Below are positions 35,864-48,068 of a stretch of DNA of 64,000 nucleotides, piece after piece. The position numbers and the translations under genes were made by a program. Position 1 is the first letter of the stretch, and each line of letters begins with the position of its first letter. Source of the stretch: Rhynchopus sp. YZ270_cl-10 (lineage: Eukaryota); assembly GCA_964035575.1 (NCBI GenBank), contig OZ037845.1, positions 1,674,001 through 1,738,000 on the forward strand, read 5' to 3'. The notes beneath the pieces are model-generated. The model made no database searches, had not been told where the DNA came from, and saw nothing but the letters and a program-made list of their open reading frames with translations.

Positions 35864-37876
35864 ATGGGCCTGACCATGAAGGGGGCCGCACGAAGGGGTG
35901 TGCTTCTGAGGGGGAAGCGAAGTGCTGCGTCACGTGCAGCACGAGATGCAGAGACGCCGAGTGAAACGTACTACCCGCGGGAGTGGTTCAGCCAGAAGGA
36001 GACGACGGAGCTGAGTTTGTTTGAGAATGTGAAGGAGTGGCGTGGAGAGAAGGGGAAGCATGCGCCGGGCATGCGCACAACAGACGCCGCCCGGCATGCG
36101 TTGTACTGGCGCATGGAGCAAATGATGCGACAGCAGGAGAAGCACCGCAACGAGGAAGTCGGCATGTTCTTCCTCCCCTACCTCGATTGGGGCGTGCGAG
36201 ACGGCTGCAAGCCCTTCCTCTCCCCCACGCACGCACACCGCCTTTACACAGACCTCCACCGCTTCCACGTCGACGAGCTCACACGCCTCACCAGCGGCAC
36301 CAACGCGGAGGCAGCGCCACTGGACGTCCTTGTGGACGCCACCTCCTTCGATGCAACACAGTATCTCGTCAACTTCCACGCCTCCATGCACTGGAACATG
36401 CTGTTCTGCTGGAAAAGCATTGTCCCGTATGGTTCAGTTGGTATGTACTATATAGTGGCCCCTTGAAGGGTGTTGTTCCTATCTAAACACCCCACAGATA
36501 TGCCTGTACGGACGCGGCGTGAGATTTGGAAGTACTGCCACAAGGAGGCAGACGTGGATGCGATTGAACAGCTAAAGGCAGACTTTGAAGAGACTGCGAT
36601 GAACCTGGTGGGGAACGGATTTGTGTGGCTTGTGTGGAACACAACGCAGCAGGTTCTGGAGGTGCGCACCACAGACCACCACACGTGCCCCACTGTGCTG
36701 AAGCTCATTCCCGTGCTCGGGTTGAACCTTTGGGACAACGCTATCTCACCTGGATACGGCATGAACAAGCTGGACTACGTGAAGCGCTTCTGGCACTGCA
36801 TCGACTGGACCTGGGCCGACTACTGCATTGGCCTCATCCAGGAGGATAAGGTGTGACACAAACGCTGAAACACAAAACCCCACCACCCACACCCACAGGA
36901 GCTTTTGTACGAGGCGGACATCTCTGACGACCAGGCCTTCCCCACACAAGTGTCGCAAAGGGAGGATCAGATGATCAAAAGCTTCGCCCGACGGACACGC
37001 GAGGAGCCTCTTGCGCGGGTATGGACATGCTTCAACAAGAAAGACATGACTTTTTTTTCTTGGGGGGGGGTTGCGGAACAATCGGTAGTCCTTCTTGGAC
37101 GGCGTTACCAGCAGTGCTGGGTTATGTGGTTGGGGGCACCTCTTGCTGTCCCTCTTCCTCTGTCCCTCTGTCTCTGTATCAAACATCGATATCTGCATTT
37201 CATTTCATTTACAGGCGACTCGCGACTGGGAGTCATGGCGGAGGATGAGAATCCAGCAGGACCCAGGCATCTTCGGCCCAGGCACACACATGGCCTCCCG
37301 CCAGGACCAGGAGACTGAGCTGCTTTGGCGTGCGGGCCAGCAGTACCACATCGTCCATGCACACTGCCACTTCTCGCGCCCACCGCCGCCCACACATCTC
37401 GCGTCGTGGACAATGACACGCCGATGGTTCAACCAGCTTCAGGCAAAGGTATGCACCTTCTTTGGGAGGCTTTCAGCATCAACAAACACCTCTACAGCAC
37501 ATCTTGGAGAGCACAGCAGTCTTCCCACCTGCATCAGGTATTCTGTGGCCGGAAGAGGCCCACGAGCAGTTGGTCCAGGGCGAGGTATGCAGCTTTGGTC
37601 TCTTTACGTTCCGTCTATTCAATTCAACCAACAATCTTTGTTGAGCATTCCGGCAGAAATTCTCCAACTTCCACATACACCCTACCACCACAGACCGAAG
37701 ACCAGGACGAGGTGCCTGAGTGGGAGGAGGAGTCACCCCAGCCGTGGCGCGAGATGCGCGAGCGCTGGTTCCACACGAACACCCACAAGAAGGAGCTTGA
37801 CTTCTGGCGTGAGCGTTACAACATCACCTGGCAGAAGCACGGTCTCTACTACGGCGTCAAGATCAGCGAGGGCTAG
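35864..37876 (+). CDS. Fe/Mn-SOD-fold protein lacking metal ligands, with C-terminal extension (candidate mitoribosomal mS42/mS43-like protein)
   Basis: GNGFVWLV and PVLGLNLWDNA...Y...KLDYVKRFW..IDW. Arg-rich presequence. Exons 35864-36440, 36498-36850, 36899-37018, 37215-37448, 37498-37584, 37694-37876. Confidence 0.75.
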
Positions 37877-38028
37877 ACGCACGACGCATCCAACCCCATT
37901 CCCCCCAAGCCCCACACCGAACCGAACTTCGACTCTATCCATTCCTGGTTTTATTTAGCACTCTTTTGCACCCATGCTCTGACCTCACCCACCCAGGCAT
38001 AGATGTCTTTCGAGACAACTGAATTAAT

Positions 38029-38894
38029 ATGATTTCTGGTTTGGTGCAGTATGACTTTGCACCGCAGCAGGCGGGGCAGCTGCGGCTGCAGGCGGGCGCT
38101 GTCGTGACGCTGCTGCAGAACCCACCGGGGGAGGGGTGGTGGCGGGGGCGCAGCGAGACTGGGGAGGAGGGGTGGTTCCCTGCGACGTACGTGGTGCCGC
38201 AGGTGGGGGGTGCGGGTGTGGCAGCTCCGCCACCGCCGCCACCGCAGGACACTGGCTACCACCAGCCACATGCACATGCTCATGCACATCATGCACACAC
38301 CCATCATACCCCCGCCCCGCCTGTAGTGCACCCCCCAGCAGGACGTGGTCGTGGCCGTGGTCGAGGTGCCCCCGTCCACGCACCCATGAAAGGCAAAGTG
38401 AAGATCCCCGCCCAACGTCGTGAGGAGTTCAAGCCCAACCAGTTCCGCTCAGGCGTAGCCGTCACACCAGAAACGATACGTTTATACGAAGAGGTTGCAC
38501 GGCAGGTGCGGTACGAGACTGCGGCGAAGGCGTACATCGAGCTTCTCAAGGAGCGGGGGTATGGTTTTGTACACATCTTCGTTTTTGCAGTTTCCTTTTC
38601 TTGCAGAGCGCTCCTGTTTTAAACGGAAGAGGAATGTCCACATACAAGGTCTAACACCGCACAGATGGGGTGCAAGACCTTGTATCTTGGGTTTTTACCC
38701 CCATGTTTCACTCCAACAAAACGCTTCAACACATCCACAGGGCGATCCTCAACTACGAAGCGCTTCTCCCCACGCTATGCGAGGAGCCCCGTTTCCTCGC
38801 ACTCGCGGAGCTGTCCTCGAAGGCTGGCCGCGACCTTGCACAACTTGCACGCGAACAGCACGCGAGGCAAGCGCCCTTTTCCTTGGAGGCGTGA
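38029..38894 (+). CDS. SH3-domain protein with Pro/His-rich linker and GRG repeat
   Basis: YDF...QL...GWWRG...EGWFPATYV SH3 motif. Exons 38029-38558 and 38741-38894. Confidence 0.85.
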
Positions 38895-39387
38895 CGCACC
38901 ACCCCGTACAGGTCGCTCTCCAGGGTTTATTATTAACCCCTTGGGAGTGCTCTGGGACGGCATATTGCTACCTAACCCTTACCCCCCCTCCACGGTGGGC
39001 CGGTCAGGTGTGATGGTTATTTTGACCAGTCGGCTAGGCTGTGTCACAGCTGAGTTGTGCATGCCTGTGTCCTACCGTGCCACCCCTCCCTTAGAACGAA
39101 GGGTCCACTGGGTGCGCTCCTCGATAGCGCAGAATAAAAACTGAAAACGAAGTATCTTGGTCCACCAAGAGCTCTCCCCTCTCGCTCTCTTACTCCCCTC
39201 TTCCACCCTCATTTCCCCTCACTCCTCCACTCCCTCACAAATCACCACAAGGTACGTTTCTGTTGCCTGTTTCTTGCACACAGAGAGGGTCGCAGCCTTC
39301 ATAAACATAGTGCGCCCTTGGGCAGACACCTTCAGTCAAATCGTACACGGAAGACAACGTTGATAGCTCAAAGCGACTTTGTCTCTC

Positions 39388-41624
39388 ATGCCTGTCCTGC
39401 AGAGGCCGGACAGCGCAGCCCGCCGCCTGCAACAGTGCAGGCAAGGGCTCTCCGCATCGCTGACAGAGATGCGCCACGAGCTGGAGGCCCTCGAGAGACA
39501 GGCCCCGCCCCTCAAGCCGTCCCGTGCAGCCTCTGCGAACGCCACCACCCCTACCACCCCGTCCTCAGCACTCATACGGCGAAACTCTCTTGAACCAGTC
39601 GGAAAGCTTGAGTCCAGCAACAACATCACCGCTTGGGACAAGGAACGCCCCCCACAGCTGCCCCCCGTGCAGCGTGGTGGTGATCCCACCCCTGTGGAGA
39701 GTCCGAAGGAGGCCCCCGTGGTGACGAAGGTGGAGACGGACCGGGTGAACTCATTGGAAAGCAACCGCCTCATGGAGGAGCAGTGCCACGGCACAGTGCG
39801 GAGCATGGAGCAGGAGCTGCCTGCGTTGTGTGCGCTGTCTGCACAGCTGGCGCGCGTGGTCGGGAAGGAGTGCAGCAACACCGGGCTGCTGCTGATGGAG
39901 CACTACGACCTGTGCGAGTGGATGCGGCCGGTGCCTAACTACGTCGCAGTGCCACGTCTCATCAGCTCCATGGGGATGGCCATCTCGCGCGAGCTGCTGT
40001 GGGATCTGCAAGCAACGTTGCCGCCTCATCCGCCGCCACAGTCGAAGCTAGACGAGGCTGCCAGGGCCATGAAGCAGATATTCTCAAACAAACGCGACAC
40101 GCGAGGTGCGGAAAGCAAGAAGGCGCGTCTCCTCACCTCCCTCAAGCCGTTTGAGGCGATGATGGCGCAGGCAGACCTGGCAGGCGATGGACATGGCGAC
40201 GCTGCCAGCGGCACTGCGTCAGGTCTTGTCAAGACGCCACCACAGCTGCCTGGACATGTAGTGCAGCTGAGCGCGCTCATAGGGAGCGACCCCGTCTCAC
40301 GCATGACTACAGAGCTGGTGGCGTCGAACTCTCAGTTGCGCACCTTCACCTCTGTCAGCGCAAAGCTAACCCGCAGGCTGAAGAAGTTGCATGAACGTGG
40401 CGAGCACGACAAGGCAAGCGAGCTGAGCACAGAGATCGGTGAGCTGTACGACGGTGCGATGGAGCTACACAAGCGGCGTCTCAACGACGGTGTGATGTAC
40501 GCACAGACGGAGACTGATATGCTGCGAGCACAGGTTGACGAGTGGGCTGCTGCTGCCGTGCCTCAGGTAGGTGCCTTCATGGACTACCACGAGCGTCTGA
40601 CGAAGGTGTGCCAAGGCGACCTGCCCCTGGTGGCAGACCGCATGAACGAAGAGAAGCAGAACACGAAGCGCATCAACGAAGCACTTCTGCACGACACGCG
40701 CAGCATACAAAGCAGCCTCGATGCGAACGCGACGGACCTGGATAAGTGCTGCATGCAGCTCGATGACCTCCTCACCAACGCACAGACGCTCCTCGACAAG
40801 CGCCGTAAGCTCACAAAGCAACACATCGCCGCAGTCGAGAAGGCACGTCTCGAGACCGCCACCATCACAAAGAGCCTCGAGGTGTGCCAGCGGCACGCAG
40901 ACTCCATCAAGCAGGTCAAACAGCACAGCAGCAAATGCCTCGCGTTGGGTGCTGTGTGCAGCACCATCATCAACCAAGGGTATGACAACTATTTACTGCC
41001 TATGCGACCTTTCAAGGGTTATTTCATTTTATACCTCAACAAACCTTACCTCACAGGGCTGCAGAGCTGAAGGAACGTCTTGCCTCCTTTACAGCAGCAA
41101 CGTTCGAGGCTGAGAAGCAGGAACGCACCACGTACAACACATGCATGCAGACATGGGCGGAGCTCAAAGGTGAGTCGATGGGGCGCAAGGAGAACCTGCG
41201 GCAGGAGATTGTGAAGGAGCTGCCGCTGCTGACATTCAAGCTGGAGACACAGCAGTTTACACATGGCGAGGACGAGCTGTCGGAGCTCACAGCACGGTTG
41301 GTATGCTCCAACCCCAACCCCCACTACCACCACCACCACCACCTCCACACTTCACGTACCCAAGCCCACCATCCTCCCTCAACACTCCTCACATCCTCAC
41401 AGAAAGAACTGACCGACTACCGGCAGATGCTCGACGACTCATGCGACGTTCTCCAAGCAGAGATGATGGCACGTGACGCACGCAACAAGCCCAACGACGT
41501 TATCCTCTGCGAGAAGTTCGGAAGCAGACATAAATACGCCCTAGACGCCTTTGCAGAGCGCCGTCGAGCTATGCACGATGAATACATAGTTGCGCAGGGC
41601 GACTTCGATCCGTCCGTTCAATAG
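39388..41624 (+). CDS. Paraflagellar rod (PFR) family protein, divergent
   Basis: C-terminal half follows the PFR1/2 pattern (SLEVCQRH, TIINQG, KGESMGRKENLRQEI, FKLE, KELTDYRQML). Exons 39388-40979, 41057-41300, 41403-41624. Confidence 0.75.
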
Positions 41625-41966
41625 AACAATTGACGCACAAAAAAATATTCCGGATATGGCATTTCCGTGCCACCCCCCCGTCCTTCTCTTTCGCAATGTG
41701 TGTGTTCCCACACCCCGCGAGAACGTTTCTCTCGATCGCCCCTTCTCAAAAAAGAATGCCACAAAATGCTTTGGTTTCCTCATCTCTGCCTCATATTCAC
41801 ACACCGCAAGAAACCACAGAAACACAGCAACACAAAGCATACACACACCCCTCCTTCCCCCATCACTATACACCAGAGGAGGAACCCTGGCGCGGTAGCA
41901 GAGAGGCGGGCCAGTCGCGGGCTCCGTCCTTTTCCCCTTCCCCCCCTTCTCACCTCCTTCTGAAGG

Positions 41967-44900
41967 ATGTCTGCAGACCGGAGGAAGCGGGAGGGACACA
42001 CCAGTGATGATAGAGGGTTCAACCGGTATCGGGCACGTGGGCACAGGGAGAAGGAGGACGACCGGGGGCGGGATAGGGTGGACCGTGGTGACAAGCGGAG
42101 GCGGCGGCGTCGGGAGAGCAGCGAGAGCAGGGAACGTGACGCGTCGCGTAGCAGGCGCACAAAGGGCGAGCGTGAGCGCGATGGTGATGACGACCGAGGA
42201 GGCGGTGGCGGTGGTGGCTTCCGCCCAGCCCCATGGATGAACAACGCAGGGCAACGCCCAGGCGAGAACGCAGCAGCTCCCGTAGACAACACAACACGCC
42301 CCGAGATCCAGATCTGTTCCATGCGCTGGGACGACAAGCAGGTCATGGACGCTCGTGTAGGCGGCCTCGTGCCCCATATCACAGAGTCCTCCCTCAGCAA
42401 TCGCTTTGGCCAGAAGAACGAAGAGCGCGACGAGGAGACCGGCAAGCTGCAGCACCTCGCCACCCTGCAGGAGCTGGGTGTCCCCGTCCGCATACTGTAC
42501 CCGCAGCTGGACGAGCTGTGGACGGAATACGACATCAAGGTCGTCATGCCTGAGGCGCTCTACACCATAGAAGAGTCTGCACAACGGCAGTACCCTGAAC
42601 GCGACCGTGAACGCGAACAGATAATAGAAAACAAATGGCCCGAACTCCCGAACTGGACCTGGGGCAAGCCGCTCTCACAAGAGCACATGAACAACACAGC
42701 GTCGCAGGTGCTTCTCCTTGCGTTGGTGCCTGCCTCGCTCAACAACGAGGAGGCGCTCAAGGGGCACTTCCAGAAGTTCGGTGCCGTGTCTCAGGTATGT
42801 CTCGCATGCGGTACCCATGTGGCATGTGGCATGTGGCGTCGCATATGCATGAGATGAGTGTTTACTATCTTTACTCTTCACAGGTTATCACACGGATCAA
42901 CTTCCGTCCCGCACCAAAGTACGAAAAGCAAGGACTCGCCATAGTGGAAATGGGAAACACCTCAGCAGCTACTCTGGTATGATTTTGAGATTGTTTTGCT
43001 CACAATATGTCGCAACCCTTTCCCTCCACAGGCACATCGCAGCCACGCCCCTGTTTGCGGGAACCGATTTGTCAAAGTGTTCTTCGCACCCGAGGAGGTG
43101 AAGAAGAAGGTGGTGAAGATCGGACTCAATTTAGTGATGCAGGTATCTCAACACCCGAACACTTCCCCACCCTTCACCCATCACCAAAAAGGGGAGAAAG
43201 AGTGTTTGGAAATAAAGGGAAACCACTGGAAGAGAGGGTGGGGATGGAGGCCCTTTTTTTGAATAATGTACCCGCAGTTGTTTTTTATCTTCCCAGTCAC
43301 ACTTCTTGTTTTCTTCGGTGGTTGAAACTGATCAGTGAAGCGAAGGGTCCTGCCGTTTCTGTTGTTCAGAGGTGCAGTGGGGTCGCCTCAACAGCAGGCG
43401 CACGCTTACTCTCCCTATGTGTAGAGGTAGGAGGAGATCCGAAGGCCGGTTGGAGCGGCAGAGTTTCGAGAGCTTGTGGCTGAGGCTGTGGCTGTGGCTC
43501 ACGTTCCCCAGTTACGCGGTTATGGTGGTGAGTAGCTGTTACAGATGTATTTCTTTGGAGCGTACACGGGTACCTTCCTTATGATGCGCATACTGCGTTG
43601 ATCCCCGGGCATTGCTGGCATTTATTGTTGTACGACAGAATCGGTTTCTTGTTTTGCCGTTCGCAGTTGTATTCATTTGGAACACATTCCTGTTCACCTC
43701 GTCGCTTCCTGCCTTTGTTCTCCCCGAGGTCTAAAAGGCACGTGGCGCATGCCTTTCACCACCGGAAGCACGTAACGGGAGTCGGTAGATCATTCACGAC
43801 GTACAGCCCAGTATTCGTTGTAACACGATATCTTCTGATCACTTTTCACCTTTGTGCAGTTAGGAGGGGGATGTTGAATGTTGAGTTGGGGAGGGTCGCG
43901 TAACAGTGAGGATTTCCGGGATTGCACAATATCTAGAAATGCGCAGAAATCAAAAATTCAGCACAAAAAACGGAAAATAGTCCCCGTGAATTGATTGTTA
44001 CATTTTTCCATTTCCCCCTTCACTTCTCCACAATCCACAGGCGCGCCAAGCACAACTCGCAAAGCTGGAAGAGAAAGAGAGCAAACGGAAGGCAGACGTC
44101 GAGACGCTGACCGCAGTGAAGACTCGTGTGCAGGACCTGAAAGATATGGAGGAAATGCTGAAGGAGCAGCTGAAGACTGCGGGCGAGGAGCAGGCTGTAG
44201 TGGTATGCACCCATCCCATCATACTTGGCATGCCCCACTTAACCCCCTCACTCAAGTGTCCTGCCAACCACACCACACACACCATTCTTCTGTAACCCGT
44301 TTCCCGCCCACAGTTCAGAAAACAAATCGAGTCCACAAAGAAGCTCTACCACGAGGCCCTTGCAGAGCAGCTCGAGCTCATGGAGCAGGCAAAGTCGAAC
44401 CTTGTCAAGCCAGGCTACCGTCCGAAGTCCTTCTTCCCCGGCGCCAATACATATGACGCGAGAACAGCGTATGGACAACACCCTTTTGAGACGTGCTTAG
44501 GGTCGTCTTCACTACTCTGAGCCACGTTCATCTTGTGTTTTCGATTTCACCTTTCACCTTTATCCCATCTTGAGAGTGTGCAAGGTGTTAGGTTGTACTT
44601 CGTTTACGATGCAACTCAACACCTCGCCGTTTTGTGACCCACCCTTCGTTTCCCCCCACCCTCCTCACCCTCCTCACCCACAGTGTGTTCCGCCTCCCGA
44701 TGCTCCCACTCCCATGGCAAAAATCCCCCGCCAAGCTGCGCAAGGCAATGGAACGCTACGGAGAGGTGCTTGCGTGCTGTGTGGGGAAGAAGCCACTGCA
44801 GGGCTACGTGCGGTTCAAGCAGAGACGCCAGGCACAATGTGCTGTCAGTGCGCTGCAGGAACGTGAACATAGACCCTTTTGGCTGGACAAATGGGAGACA

Positions 44901-45250
44901 GAATGGCCACAGGTATGTACCTACCCCCCCCTGCCCCTTCGATCCGTACAGATATTCATTACCAAAGATCGGCACTTCTTTTCGCCCCCCTTTTACATAA
45001 ACCAACACAGAGCGACAACATCGTTGAGGAGATGCCAGATGAAGAGCCCCCAAGGCCTCCAGTCGCCACTGGCCCGCCCAAGGACGACGACGAGGCATTA
45101 ATCGATGAGGAATTAGGGTATGCCAACCAACACTGCAATGCCAAAACACCAACAACAACAACACCAACAACATTCCTTCACAGCCTGCAAGAGATAAACC
45201 AAGAGATGATTCCTGTTGCTAAGGAGGACGAAATGGGCGAGGAAGAATAG
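41967..45250 (+). CDS. RBM26/RBM27-like RNA-binding protein (RD/RS-rich N-terminus, two RRMs, coiled coil)
   Basis: VPASLNNEEALKGHFQKFG...VCGNRFVKVF matches the RBM26/27 RRM1 pattern. Exons 41967-42794, 42884-42976, 43032-43142, 44041-44202, 44314-44468, 44684-44912, 45011-45117, 45184-45250. Confidence 0.8.
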
Positions 45251-46138
45251 CCTTTGGGGGTCGGGAGAAGGGGGTTTTTTTGTGTGTAACAAAAATGGCA
45301 AACAAATGAATGGGGTTTTTGGTGATCCCGAAGAAAGTCTTTCCTCTTATGGGGGTAATCGAGAGAGACGCAAATAGGCAATAGTTAAATGTGTTGCATC
45401 TCTCTGTTCTCATGGGAGAAGGAGGGTATTTGTTAAAACCCGTTCTGTTTTTTTTTTAAAAGGCAATTTTCCTTTAAGGTAACAGCGTTTTTGGACAGAG
45501 CCAACGGAGTTTTTTGGGAATTGCAAAAAAAGAACTGAAAACGATAATTTTGCAACAATTTTTATGTCCCTCCTTTTTTCCACAACCTGAAGGTGTGTGT
45601 CTGTGTTCGGGAGGCTAAAGTATTCACTTTTTTTTTTTTTGGTGATTTTTTTTTTTTGCGTTGGGGGTCTGAACAAAAATGAACAAAATAAGCGACAATA
45701 AAAAGAGGTATCCTTCTAACATTAATGCGGAGTAAACAGCGGACACTGCAGTCGGCAGTCGTAAAAAAAAAGAAATAAAACGGAGTGAGCAAAAGAGGGT
45801 TACGGGAAGGGGGGGTGTTTTGGGTGGTTTGGTCGGCTAGCATTTTGAAGAGGGGCGAAAAATGTGATTCTTTTTTCCTTCTTTTTTCCCTCTTCTTTTC
45901 CTTTGTTTTGCTTCTTGCCGTTTTTTTTCTTCTTCTCTTTTTCCCGTCTTCCTTGCCAGAGGTTGCGTTAGAAAATTGCCAAATTTACCCGAAAATAATG
46001 AATCTACGTCTGATTTTAACTCACCCCCTCAAACCCCCTACCCGTCACCCCTTCTTAATGCAATACTCCCAGAAACTTGATTCTTTGAAATCAAGCAACC
46101 ACACAGTTCCTTTTTCCCCTTTTTCTTTTTCTCGCGAA

Positions 46139-47785
46139 ATGATACCCCGATCTGTGTTGTTTGTGTTGGTGTTGTGTGTGTTTCCCTATGAAGCGCGCTT
46201 TTTAGAAAAGCTTGTGGAGTGGCATGCACCAGGGGCAGAGACGATCATTGAGGTGAAGCGTATCTTGTGCATACCACGTGGTGCAGACGGTGTTTGGCTT
46301 GTCACTATTGCAGACCCATTTCAGCCACAGCCGTTGGTGATTGGGGAGATAAAGGAGACTGCGGAGGCGACGATGCTTGTGGTCGATGGGAGCTCGCTTG
46401 CCTATGTTGCTGATGGCTTTGGGGGTGTGCTGGTGTACGACATGACGAACCCTAAGGTGCCCACCCGCCTGAGCAGCCTGCTCATGACAGAGGGCCACCA
46501 TGTGGACCTGCTGGTGCACTGTGCTGACTACCTGTACATCTTCTGCAGCAGTGCGCACTCAGGCAACTCGATCGTCGTAGCAGAGGTGCACGAAGAGGAG
46601 GCTGTCAGTGTCGGCAGGCATGCGCTCAAAGGACGTGTCGCCGCCGCAGCGCAGGTGGACGACACGCTCCTCTTTGTGGCCACGTCAAACCGCTTCTTCC
46701 TCGTAATGGACGGACGCAAAGGTGCGCACTTCAAAATGCTTTCTATCACACCACTGGACCACCCCGCAACCAGCATCTGTGCCTTTAAAGAGTTTGCCTT
46801 CATCAGCGTGAAAAACGAGGTGCGTGTGTACTTCGTGTCGAACCCCGAGGAGCTTGAGCTTGCCATTACAGTACCCTTAGCATTCAACGTGAACGCGCTG
46901 AAGTGGTTTGGCGGCTACGTCTTTGCGGCCACAGAAGGTGGTCTGTCCGTCATAGATGTGAGGGACCCGAGACGTCCGTTTGAAACAGGGTTCCTCGCAA
47001 CGCCTGCGCTCAAGAAGGTGGAGGTGATGGAGTTCGTTGCCTACGTGCTGACGGAGGACGACTTGATGCTTGCAGTGGACTGCCGCAACACTGCAGGTGT
47101 GGTGCATGCGAACCGCACTGACGCGCCCTTCGCAGAGCCTGTAGCCGCCACAGCGCAGCGGACCAGTGTCGAGACGTTCCCGCCACTAGGCTTTGATGAG
47201 CTCACGCTCGCAGAGGGCTCGCTTGCGTGGCGTGACCTGCGTGAGAGTGTCTTCCTCAGCATCCCTACACCGCTTCTCGGTGCGCAGGTGTTCCTTGCGA
47301 CGTCGCTGGTGAAGCGCGGGTTTCAGTTCAAATTCCGTTGTGCAGACCTTGTGTGCAACGCGTTTGCCTTTCTTGAGCACTGCGTCCCGTGCAGTACGCG
47401 CACGGACGGGGGTCTCCCGAACATCCTTCAGGCACTGGGGTGGATGCCTTCGCCGTGCAGCTTCAAGTTCCAGCTGCTTACAGGTGGCGTGGTGCACAAC
47501 ACCGTGGTGTTCCACAAGCAGCTGCGCAGGGGTGAGGTGGCCTTCGTCTCGCACCTCACAAAGGACGCAATGTTCGTTGGTCTCGGCTCCACAGCAGGCG
47601 ATACCATGTGCTCGGATATCAAAGACTCTGCCACCTGTGCAGAGGACAAGACATGTGCCTGGCATGCGTTAGCAGAGGTCTGCGTACCCAACTTCTCCTG
47701 CAACGCAGCAAAGCAGAGCCGCAAACAATGCCAAACCTGCGGCACAAACGAACTGTCTGTGATAACACAAAAGGATAAGTTGTGA
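46139..47785 (+). CDS. Secreted LVIVD-like beta-propeller protein with C-terminal Cys-rich domain (paralog A)
   Basis: Signal peptide MIPRSVLFVLVLCVF. LAYVADGFGGVLVYDMTNP and GLSVIDVRDP repeats. HCVPCS..DGGLP..L..LGW..C motif. Intronless. Confidence 0.8.
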   Translation: MIPRSVLFVLVLCVFPYEARFLEKLVEWHAPGAETIIEVKRILCIPRGADGVWLVTIADPFQPQPLVIGEIKETAEATMLVVDGSSLAYVADGFGGVLVYDMTNPKVPTRLSSLLMTEGHHVDLLVHCADYLYIFCSSAHSGNSIVVAEVHEEEAVSVGRHALKGRVAAAAQVDDTLLFVATSNRFFLVMDGRKGAHFKMLSITPLDHPATSICAFKEFAFISVKNEVRVYFVSNPEELELAITVPLAFNVNALKWFGGYVFAATEGGLSVIDVRDPRRPFETGFLATPALKKVEVMEFVAYVLTEDDLMLAVDCRNTAGVVHANRTDAPFAEPVAATAQRTSVETFPPLGFDELTLAEGSLAWRDLRESVFLSIPTPLLGAQVFLATSLVKRGFQFKFRCADLVCNAFAFLEHCVPCSTRTDGGLPNILQALGWMPSPCSFKFQLLTGGVVHNTVVFHKQLRRGEVAFVSHLTKDAMFVGLGSTAGDTMCSDIKDSATCAEDKTCAWHALAEVCVPNFSCNAAKQSRKQCQTCGTNELSVITQKDKL

Positions 47786-48068
47786 TGTGAGTGTGTGAGA
47801 GTTTATGCGACATATTAGCTTCTTTCCATCTGTTTTCCCTAACTTTTTACAAAAAGGCAAAAAACTGCTCAGGCAGGGTTTTGCAAGAAATATTACGGGT
47901 TGCCTTGCCCACAAAGACACCACCCATTCCCATGCGAACAACCGCACCACCAGCAACTTGTTCACCCCGCTTCATAAAGCCCCGCCGAAATGACTTTCCC
48001 CACATTGCCTTTTCCCTCTACCGTTCCACCCTCCATGCCTCTCGGCGTTTACTTCACTACAGGTGCAG

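Noticed and set aside
35864..36856. Functional Fe/Mn superoxide dismutase
   Set aside because: The metal-ligand motif DxWEH is replaced by NLWDN, and the N-terminal His ligand pattern is not convincing.
45785..46138. N-terminal extensions from non-ATG starts in the ORF track (also 1197, 14416, 22913, 53414)
   Set aside because: They translate pyrimidine- or CA-rich spacer tracts. The first plausible ATG downstream was used instead.
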